Source: Candidatus Falkowbacteria bacterium LH_S3
GTDB taxonomy: Bacteria; Patescibacteriota; Patescibacteriia; Patescibacteriales; JAGXOH01
Reading direction: 5' to 3'
Assembly: GCA_023659985.1 (NCBI GenBank)
Contig: JAGXOH010000001.1
Location: forward strand, 1 to 52,238
Length of the DNA: 52,238 bases
Shown: positions 36,201 to 42,677 of the stretch, piece after piece
Layout: every line of letters begins with the position of its first letter
Position numbering within the stretch: position 1 is the stretch's first letter
Position numbers and translations under genes: made by a program
The notes under the pieces: generated by a model
What the model saw: the letters and a program-made list of their open reading frames with translations, nothing else
What the model was told of the DNA's origin: nothing
The model's database searches: none

Positions 36201-36627
36201 TGCCCCAAAGGAATACTATGAAATACCAGAGAAATTGATTTATAAATTTATTGGAAAAAACTTGATTTTTGCATATGACAACGAACATCGGTTTTTTTTG
36301 AATAATACAAATGCGATAGAGCCCAAAATCCTCGGATTAGACATCAAGTATATTTTAGGAATACTTAACTCAAAGCTAATCCAATTTTATTATTCCAAAA
36401 TGTTTTTTACTATCCGTGTTTTGCGTGGTAACTTGGAAAGACTACCTATACTCAACGCTAGTAAAGAGAAGCAAAAAAGAATCATCGATCTTGTCAATGC
36501 AATAGAAAAAGATAATGGCAGTGAGTATGAAAATTTAGTTAGAAAGATTGATGAGGAAATTTTCAATCTTTACAAAATAGGGTCAGAGTGGAAAAATTAT
36601 ATTGAAGCAGAATTATCGAGACGATAA
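33238..36627 (+). CDS. LexA (wHTH + S24 peptidase) fused to a beta-class N4/N6 DNA methyltransferase and a gamma-class Eco57I/TaqI-like N6-adenine methyltransferase with TaqI_C-like specificity domain
   Basis: Residues 1-200 are LexA: PLLGLIAAGQPI (Ala83-Gly84), GDSM (Ser120), ATLKKF (Lys158). Residues ~225-500 carry IIIDPPYNIG, HPTQKPLKL and VPFVGTGSE. Residues ~635-1129 carry GQYYTP, LDPACGSGQF, VIGNPPWG and LGIVTGNNKKYL. There is no stop codon anywhere in the frame. Confidence 0.85.
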   Translation: MLTKRQKQVLDFISSYHKKKGYSPSLEEIRKKFKLASVSTAHFHVKKLQDLGFIGKQDNRPRSIDVYESEKMVNIPLLGLIAAGQPIEPIQSQNRETIAVPKSKISHSGEFYVLKVVGDSMIDENINDGDLVLVKQQDTAENGQKVVALVDNYEATLKKFYKEKNYVRLQPANKTIEPIIIKRDKELTIQGIVIDVIRNEEEIQAEKLLENKEIKRNKTLPLNKIILGDAVEELKKLPNESCDVIIIDPPYNIGKDFNNNLDKRELKEYVIWCKEWINESIRVMKPTGTMFIYGFSEILAYLSVEIPINKRWLIWHYTNKNVASLNFWQRSHEAIICAWKDKPVFNKDEVREPYTEGFLNGAAGKVRKGTAGRFSSNGKETVYNAHADGALPRDVIKIPALAGGAGMNERWFICKTCKNQVFEPRELKNHTDHEIIKHPTQKPLKLSRKLVMSATPKKDGVVLVPFVGTGSECVAAKELGQSYIGFEINPDYIKLAKKYLENQLVSKSTKENEYIFSSEYVSEDQIKELTSRLIEFRENNLSRYALDIKDTIYRKEILDSAILQNVFLYIVKQNAIEVTNQNVQEILEQLQIDGVGLATREKQELEKILNVYNLEETKEDILGFIYQSIRPQTDRKEAGQYYTPNKVVDFIIENTGIDIEKDKNLTILDPACGSGQFLLRAYDKLLAQYKKLSTSDTEAHKKIIEKHLYGMDIDPIACALTKANLYLRNPDIKELNFNIHQVDFLKKDYNLIEPDPFHKIYNQIDFVIGNPPWGAKLSKEQKRYFEKYYKIGKVGLNTFTLFIERALDFLENKGKLGFLIPEAYLKIKVHQHSRLQLLQNGNIQMLATGGEIFKKVYAPSLILIFEKNEKDKKDNDVIIKENVFNGHIKETKLAQSLFQSTADNIFNINFSDDTSQILQYIDSQDNKFLKDNTLFVLGIVTGNNKKYLVNKPLTKEHKPIIVGKDLKKYKINFSGNYFVYDKEELQQVAPKEYYEIPEKLIYKFIGKNLIFAYDNEHRFFLNNTNAIEPKILGLDIKYILGILNSKLIQFYYSKMFFTIRVLRGNLERLPILNASKEKQKRIIDLVNAIEKDNGSEYENLVRKIDEEIFNLYKIGSEWKNYIEAELSRR

Positions 36628-36801
36628 TTTTTTAATCTTCTCAAAAACTTCATTAGAAGTTATTTCATATTTTTTAAAATCAGCTATATTTTCTGTCTTG
36701 ATGTGCATTTGTCCTTCGTAACCTTGACCCTGCAACAGTACAGTTATTGCGCGCTTCGTTTTATATGTGTATACTAAGGTTATAAAGAGTTATAAAAAAT
36801 T

Positions 36802-38004
36802 ATGAATCAGGAATTACACCCAGAAACGATTAAATATATCAAGGCGGCGGATTTAAAACATCGCAAAAAATTGGGTCAGTATTTTACGTCACGCACACTC
36901 AGAGAAATTCTGTTCAGCAAACTACCTAAATTGAAAAAGCCTAAAATTCTCGATCCGGCAATTGGTACCGGGGAATTTTTAATAACTGCTAAAAAATATT
37001 ATCCGAATAGTCGAATTTATGGATGGGAAATTGACCCTGCTCTAGTAAATATCTCAAAACAAGTTGCCCCATATGCCCATATTGAGTGCGTTGATTCTCT
37101 TAAAAAACATGAGTATGGCAAATTTGATTTTATAGTAGGAAATCCTCCTTACTTCGAGTTCAAACCAGATCCAGAGACACGCACAAAATATTCAGAAATT
37201 CTCAACGGAAGAGTAAATATATATGGAATTTTCATCTACCAGGCAATACAACTTTTGAAAGATGGCGGGTACCTCGCCTTTGTAATCCCTCCCTCTATGA
37301 ATAATGGTGCTTATTTTTCGAAATTACGGAACTTTATAGTTGCTAATTGTAATATTGAATTTCTCTCAATTCAGCAAGTCCCTACTCTTTTTAAAGATGC
37401 TCTTCAGAGTGTTATGTTGCTTGTGCTTAAAAAAGCTCCAAATGTTGGAAGTTATATATTCAAAAAGAACGGTATTCTCATATTTAGTGAAGAAAGAGAA
37501 TATCTTGAAAATGTGTTTAAAAATAGCGTAACGCTCAGTGATCTTGGATACAAAGTTCGAACGGGAAAATTAGTATGGAACCAGAACAAAGATCGCTTAA
37601 CAAACACCCACAAAGGAAATACCGCCCTTATCTGGAGTCACAATATCACAAAAGGGAATATTGAATTAGGAAATCATGGGAGTAAATCACAATTTGTAAA
37701 GACAAATTTTTATGAGCAAGGACCAGTAATTGTAACGAATAGAATCATTGGTCAACCTCATAAAGGAAGTTTAAGAGCCGCTGTTGTTCCAAAAAATATG
37801 AAATTTGTAGCCGAAAATCATATCAATGTAATTTATCCTCCTGATAAGCAAACCCGCATGTGTTTTACCAATAAAAAAGTTTCTATTGAAAGCTTGGTTG
37901 AACAACTAAACTCTCCGACGAACTCCAAGATTTTGTTCCGAATAACTGGCAACACACAAATATCTAAAAACGAACTTGAAAAACTATTTCCCATCAAGGT
38001 ATAG
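36802..38004 (+). CDS. Gamma-class N6-adenine DNA methyltransferase (TaqI/Eco57I-like)
   Basis: LGQYFTSRTL, ILDPAIGTGEFL, GWEIDP, FIVGNPPYFEF, and a C-terminal TRD-like half. Confidence 0.85.
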   Translation: MNQELHPETIKYIKAADLKHRKKLGQYFTSRTLREILFSKLPKLKKPKILDPAIGTGEFLITAKKYYPNSRIYGWEIDPALVNISKQVAPYAHIECVDSLKKHEYGKFDFIVGNPPYFEFKPDPETRTKYSEILNGRVNIYGIFIYQAIQLLKDGGYLAFVIPPSMNNGAYFSKLRNFIVANCNIEFLSIQQVPTLFKDALQSVMLLVLKKAPNVGSYIFKKNGILIFSEEREYLENVFKNSVTLSDLGYKVRTGKLVWNQNKDRLTNTHKGNTALIWSHNITKGNIELGNHGSKSQFVKTNFYEQGPVIVTNRIIGQPHKGSLRAAVVPKNMKFVAENHINVIYPPDKQTRMCFTNKKVSIESLVEQLNSPTNSKILFRITGNTQISKNELEKLFPIKV

Positions 38005-38011
38005 CTCCAAC

Positions 38012-38938
38012 TCAAAGCAGAAATACTCTCTCGCAAAACGCGCTTAAACCAATACCATTTGTAAAACTTGCTTGTAGTCTAACAAGGGGGGTTTTTTCTG
38101 CCAAAATATGGTAGCTTTTATTTTTTATTTTTTCAGCAACTAACTCCCCCTCAATTAAACCCCTCATTGTTTCATTCCAATATAACCAGGGGGTATCTTT
38201 CTCCACGAGAACACTTAGTAGTGGTTTAGTTGATTTAATATCAAATATTTCTTCTAAGAATACTAATTTTTTCTTTTTTGGTAAGGCATTAAACAATTTA
38301 ACGCTTTTGTCTACTGCTAATTCCTGCACGGAGGTTCCATATCTTTTACCGATCTTTTGTATGGCAGGAAAGCAATACTTTGCATTCTTAATTTCATCCT
38401 GACTTTTTGTTGATATCTTAGCTAATTCACCTCCAGCTTTAGAAAAATCTTGTCTAATGTTTGCCCACATCTCTTTTAATTCTTTATCAATATTCAAACC
38501 CAAGAATTGTTTTAATTTTTCATAACCAAAATTTTTCTGAGTTCCAAGTCCCTGTCTTGTTGATTTCAAAGATACCCCTATTACAAAACCGGACTCAAAA
38601 GTTAAATCTAGATCTGAAATTGTTTCTTCTTCTTGCCATCTTCGTCCGATCCAATTAATAGTTTTTATTTTTCCATGAGTAGGTATAACATTAGAGTTTA
38701 ATTTTTCTATTAGAGCCGGCATTAAAATGCTGACCCTTTTATATTGTTCTTCGGTACGTTTTTCGCTATTTGGAAAATTAGAAATTATACTTTCCAGTTC
38801 CTGTTTTATTTTTTCTAGCTTATCTTTTTTTAGTTTATAAACATCGCTCAAGCCTATGGCTACAAGAACTTCAAACAAATCGGCTTTTGAGCGACTAGAC
38901 TTTCTCTTACTATCTTCAACTGTAATAATTTTGTACAT
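38012..38938 (-). CDS. Putative type II restriction endonuclease
   Basis: Convergent with the methyltransferase across an 8-bp gap. Candidate D-Xn-(S)xK element SDLDLTFESGFVIGVSLKS. No other family was recognised by eye. The start at M13 (38938) abuts the radC stop. Confidence 0.5.
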   Translation of the reverse strand: MYKIITVEDSKRKSSRSKADLFEVLVAIGLSDVYKLKKDKLEKIKQELESIISNFPNSEKRTEEQYKRVSILMPALIEKLNSNVIPTHGKIKTINWIGRRWQEEETISDLDLTFESGFVIGVSLKSTRQGLGTQKNFGYEKLKQFLGLNIDKELKEMWANIRQDFSKAGGELAKISTKSQDEIKNAKYCFPAIQKIGKRYGTSVQELAVDKSVKLFNALPKKKKLVFLEEIFDIKSTKPLLSVLVEKDTPWLYWNETMRGLIEGELVAEKIKNKSYHILAEKTPLVRLQASFTNGIGLSAFCERVFLL

Positions 38939-38942
38939 AATA

Positions 38943-39632
38943 TTAAAATAAATCTGGATTTTGATTCTGGACACTTAAGAAGTTGCTTCTGGTGATAATG
39001 ATATGATCAATAACCTTAATTCCCAAAACATTACCGCTATCTATGAGTTTTTTGGTAATCGCTAAATCTTCTTCTGATGGTTCTGGATCGCCTGACGGAT
39101 GATTGTGTACAAATATTACTGAGGCGGCTTTGCTCTTGATTGCTTCAAAAAAGACCTCTCTTGGATGAACCAGGCTGGAGTCGAGGATCCCGATTGAAAT
39201 TTCGTTTACTGGGCAATTACGAGAATTTAAAGCAATCACATAAAAATGTTCTTTGCTGTAATCTTTAACCCTACCTCGCATAAACTTGAAAACCCTTTCC
39301 GGATTTGTAAGTTCTTTGCTCTTATAAGAAGGCGTTTGAGTGGAAATTCTCCGGCTGATTTCAAAAACGGCTTTTATTTGTGCTACCTTTGTCTGCCCAA
39401 TCCCTTTAATAGATAATAATTCCTCAATGTTTGCTTCTGATAATTTTTGCAAACTTCCAAAATGGCTTAATAATTTTTGAGATGTTACGGTAACCGATTC
39501 GCCGGCAATGCCACGCCCTAAAATAAGTTGTAATAACTCTTGAGTCGAAAGTGCTTGTTCGCCAAATTCAGTCAATCGCTCTCGGGGGCGCTCTTCTTTT
39601 GGTAAATCATGAAGGGTGAATGATTTTGACAT
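38943..39632 (-). CDS. radC: RadC-like JAB/MPN domain protein
   Basis: HhH-like N-terminus (LSIKGIGQTKVAQI) and the JAMM motif HNHPSGDPEPSEED. Confidence 0.9.
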   Translation of the reverse strand: MSKSFTLHDLPKEERPRERLTEFGEQALSTQELLQLILGRGIAGESVTVTSQKLLSHFGSLQKLSEANIEELLSIKGIGQTKVAQIKAVFEISRRISTQTPSYKSKELTNPERVFKFMRGRVKDYSKEHFYVIALNSRNCPVNEISIGILDSSLVHPREVFFEAIKSKAASVIFVHNHPSGDPEPSEEDLAITKKLIDSGNVLGIKVIDHIIITRSNFLSVQNQNPDLF

Positions 39633-39634
39633 AG

Positions 39635-39850
39635 TTAGTTTAGATTCATTAGCTTATCTAAAGGTATTTTCAAAGCCCTAGCAATTTTCTCAATATTTTC
39701 TATCGTGATATTTTTTTCTGCACGCTCAATCATTCCAACATAAGTGCGATGAACACCTGCTCGTGTTGCAAGCTGTTCCTGAGAAAGTCCTTGCTTTATT
39801 CGTTCTTCTCGGACTTTCTTGCCAAATTTGATAAGGATTTCTCTTTTCAT
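39635..39850 (-). CDS. XRE-family HTH regulator, controller (C) protein-like
   Basis: GLSQEQLATRAGVHRTYVGMIERAEKNITIENIEKIARAL. It is 71 aa and the first gene of the XRE-radC-REase operon. Confidence 0.8.
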   Translation of the reverse strand: MKREILIKFGKKVREERIKQGLSQEQLATRAGVHRTYVGMIERAEKNITIENIEKIARALKIPLDKLMNLN

Positions 39851-39876
39851 ATTTGATAATTTTAGTATATCTTCTT

Positions 39877-39907
39877 GCTAATTGTAGTGCTACATACTAT
39901 AGTTAGC
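39877..39907. promoter_or_regulatory. Candidate C-box/operator: nested inverted repeats GCTAATT..AGTTAGC and TGTAG..CTACA, with the TACTATAGTT core
   Basis: GCTAATTGTAGTGCTACATACTATAGTTAGC lies 27-57 bp upstream of the XRE ATG. A TATACT -10-like box lies at 39864-39869 on the minus strand. Confidence 0.4.
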
Positions 39908-39937
39908 ATATAGAATTAACAAATTTGGGGATTTTCT

Positions 39938-40178
39938 TTGTATCGCCCGCGTTGGGCGTGGCGGGACAAGTGCGACTAAATATGAATAATAAATTTCCGC
40001 CGAAAAAAAATCGTGCGAAGCCTAAGCAGGCGGGCCCATAGCAAAACCTATGGCTTGCTATGGGGCAAGCAAAAAGAATTTTTGTTTACCCCGTAGTCAA
40101 ATGCGAAACATTTGTACTTCAGGGGCCGCCTGCCGAAGTGAAGCCTCGCCGCCCTGCTCGTTCAGAGCCGAGTCCTGC
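39938..40178. ncRNA. GC-rich, helix-dense non-coding segment (candidate structured RNA or foreign insertion); strand unknown
   Basis: Hand counts give about 50 percent GC at 40021-40080 and about 68 percent at 40121-40180, against a ~30 percent background. Helices: CCCATAGCAA/TTGCTATGGG (40035-44 / 40055-64), GCAGGCGG/CCGCCTGC (40026-33 / 40126-33), CAAATG-CGAAA-CATTTG (40098-114), CCCC/GGGG (40089-92 / 40122-25). Confidence 0.35.
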
Positions 40179-40198
40179 AAAAAAGTTTTCTTTTCCTT

Positions 40199-40327
40199 TT
40201 AGAAGAAAAAATCGGGCGCGCGCAAATTAAAAAATGCGAAGAAAACTTTTTTCCAATTTACAAAATATTCCCATGTTTTAATTGAACTTTTTAATGTTGC
40301 TATTAAATTTGCAAAATCTTTTTCCAT
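40199..40327 (-). pseudogene. N-terminal remnant (~30 aa) of a DpnII/MboI-family restriction endonuclease
   Basis: MEKDFANLIATLKSSIKTWEYFVNWKKVF resembles the conserved DpnII-family N-terminus (..TW.YFVDF.KV..). The frame then runs into unrelated GC-rich sequence and stops. Confidence 0.5.
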
Positions 40328-40331
40328 ACTT

Positions 40332-41165
40332 TTAATAATTAGTTACCAATACTTCTGTAATTTTCCCTCGCTTAGAAGCATCGGAGTTAATGGCGCGACC
40401 CGCCTGTACTTTTGTAATATTAACGCCTGTAATTTCAGAGTATATTTTATTAATAAATGAAGTATCGGAGTTTGAGAGTATAACGAAACAACCACATCTA
40501 TGTAGTTGTGCAAATGTATCCCTCAATTCTATCTGTTCTTTATCCAAAAAGGCTTCACTTGTGTAAGAAGTAAATGAAGCTGTTTTACTTACTGGATAAT
40601 ATGGCGGATCAAAATAAACAAAATCTCCTTTTTTAGCTTTTTTCAAAATTTCTCTGTAATCCTGTTTTTTTATCTCAACATTCTGTAATGATATTGATGC
40701 TTTTCTAAGATTAACTTCATCACAAATAAGAGGGTTTGTATATTTTCCATACGGCACATTAAAACCGCCTTTGTTATTTACACGGTACATACCATTAAAA
40801 CATGTTCTATTCAAATAAAACGAGATACAGTGTCTATATCAGAAAGGCTTTCCGGATTTTGCGCGCGAATTTCTAAGAAATATTCTTTATCTAATTTATA
40901 TTTTTTTAAGAGATTTTATAAGTTCATCAACATCATTTTTTATGACATTATACGTAATAACAAGTTCCCCATTTAGATCAGAGAATTCTGCTTTTTCAGG
41001 AAGTAAATCAAAGAAGAGAACAGCACCACCAACAAATGGCTCAAAATATTTGTTTGATTTTGAATCAAAATTAGCAGGAGGATATAGATTCAAAAGTCGA
41101 AATTGTTTGAGGACTTGTCTTTTTCCGCCAACCCATTTTACAAACGGCTTCGGAGTATATTCCAA
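40332..41165 (-). pseudogene. Dam-type (D12 class) N6-adenine DNA methyltransferase, disrupted by at least two frameshifts
   Basis: The N-terminal part KPFVKWVGGKRQ..FEPFVGGAVLFF, the middle part DKEYFLEIRAQNPESLSDIDTVSRFI, and the C-terminal part LNRTCFNGMYRVN...VYFDPPYYP are in three different frames. Confidence 0.75.
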
Positions 41166-41225
41166 TCCTAAGATGTCCCCTCTCTCGTCTTCTACAACAA
41201 TGATATTTTTTAAATCTCAATTTAA

Positions 41226-41357
41226 CTAAGTATTACTAATAAAATGGTATTTCTCTGAACGAGAAACTACTTTAATTTCAACTTTCCTTGTCCCTTGTAA
41301 AAATTCCTTGATATCGTTTATACTATCAATGTGTTTGGTATTCATAATGATTTTCAT
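41226..41357 (-). pseudogene. 43-aa N-terminal transposase fragment, paralogous to 32670-33026
   Basis: MKIIMNTKHIDSINDIKEFLQGTRKVEIKVVSRSEKYHFISNT* aligns with ..HIVSITQIKEFLKLNNSIQFKSVSKKERNQWLEQV. Confidence 0.5.
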
Positions 41358-41445
41358 AACACCATTATTGTAGAATACCTTTCACTTATGCAAATGGCCT
41401 CTTTAAGGGGTCATTTTGCATTAGAAACCGAGGGCTAGTTTAGGG

Positions 41446-41604
41446 TCATCTTGCATTGGAAAAGACTTTCGGTTTTTCTTCAAGAATCTTTGTGATATCA
41501 TCAAATAAATTATCTTTATTTGCGATATGGAAAAGCCTCCGAGCATAAATTGTACTTATGCCGAATGTATCTGCTATTTTTAAAATTGTTTGACTTTGTG
41601 TCAT
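41446..41604 (-). CDS. Possible 52-aa HTH-like ORF (below the track cutoff)
   Basis: MTQSQTILKIADTFGISTIYARRLFHIANK... It overlaps the subterminal repeats of the IS remnant, so it may be spurious. Confidence 0.25.
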   Translation of the reverse strand: MTQSQTILKIADTFGISTIYARRLFHIANKDNLFDDITKILEEKPKVFSNAR

Positions 41605-41608
41605 AAAT

Positions 41609-41701
41609 TTATTTTAAAAGTGTATCAATATTAACCCCTAACACTTTGGCGACCTTTCGCAAGGTTTTTAGTATAGGATTCTTGTTTTCCCCTGATTCCA
41701 T
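41609..41701 (-). pseudogene. Truncated XRE-family HTH (C-terminal half only) abutting the tRNA-Ser 3' end
   Basis: ..IIKMESGENKNPILKTLRKVAKVLGVNIDTLLK* corresponds to helices 3-5 of an XRE domain. The N-terminal half is missing at the tRNA boundary. Confidence 0.5.
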
Positions 41702-41718
41702 TTTAATAATTTCAAACT

Positions 41719-41810
41719 TGGCGGAGAGGGTGGGATTTGAACCCACGGTCCCACTGAAACGAGACGCCGCATTTCGAGTGCGGTGCATTCAGCCACTCTG
41801 CCACCTCTCC
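41719..41810 (-). tRNA. tRNA-Ser (anticodon CGA), CCA encoded
   Basis: The reverse complement GGAGAGGTGGCAGAGTGGCTGAATGCACCGCA-CTCGAAA-TGCGG, a long variable arm, and GGGTTCAAATCCCACCCTCTCCGCCA. Confidence 0.93.
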
Positions 41811-41856
41811 TGTAATTTTGAAAAAAATTGTACTATTTTAAATTCATGATTAATTA

Positions 41857-42609
41857 TCAGCTTTCTTTCATTTTCTCCACTTCCTCTTGAGTTAAATACC
41901 TCCATTCTCCTTCTTTAAGATCTCCCAATCTTAATCCATCTATACCAATTCGCACCAGATTTGTTACTGTTAAATTTAGAGCCTCAAACATTTTTCTTAT
42001 CTGCCTTTTCTTGCCTTGCCCCAGTATTATTTCAAATTTTTTATTTGCCAATTGTTTTACATTTTCAGCCCAAACAATCGGCATATCTTCCTCTATATTA
42101 ACACCTTGACTAAACCTGTTGATCACCTCATCCGGATCAAATTTATTTTCTTTAATAATTACTTCATAAACTTTTCTATGTCCAAAGGAAGGATGCATTA
42201 ACTTATTCCCAAGATCACCATCATTGGTAAGTAAAATCAATCCCCGACTGCCCTTATCCAACCTGCCTACAATAAAAACTCTGTTCTCTTTTAGTACTTG
42301 TCTGTTCTTTTTATCATTTTGCAACAGACTTAACACATTTTTTTCATCCTTAAACTCCTTGGTAGTACAAGTATACCCCCGAGGCTTGTTTAGCTTGATA
42401 TAAACATTATTTTTTTTAGGATCAATTTTTTTACCATTAACCCTGACATCATCCTTCTTGTCCACCTTTATGCCTGGACCGGCAGAGACGCCGTTAACCA
42501 AAACCGTATGTTCAATTCCTTGAGCGCTTTTTTTAATAATTTCCTCTGCCCTCCTTCTGGGACAATAACCAGAATCAGCAATAAATTTTTGTAAAGGGAT
42601 TTTGGTCAT
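41857..42609 (-). CDS. rRNA pseudouridine synthase (RsuA/RluB family) with S4 domain
   Basis: LQKFIADSGYCPRRRAEEII (S4 domain) and VGRLDKGSRGLILLTNDG (catalytic Asp). Confidence 0.88.
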   Translation of the reverse strand: MTKIPLQKFIADSGYCPRRRAEEIIKKSAQGIEHTVLVNGVSAGPGIKVDKKDDVRVNGKKIDPKKNNVYIKLNKPRGYTCTTKEFKDEKNVLSLLQNDKKNRQVLKENRVFIVGRLDKGSRGLILLTNDGDLGNKLMHPSFGHRKVYEVIIKENKFDPDEVINRFSQGVNIEEDMPIVWAENVKQLANKKFEIILGQGKKRQIRKMFEALNLTVTNLVRIGIDGLRLGDLKEGEWRYLTQEEVEKMKES

Positions 42610-42677
42610 AATATTATAAATTACTTATTGTTGTTAATAAAAATTTAAAATCACAACAATAGTTTCTATAATAACTC

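Noticed and set aside
41646-41849. 67-aa plus-strand ORF.
   Set aside because: It lies entirely across tRNA-Ser (41719-41810) and the truncated XRE fragment. It is spurious.
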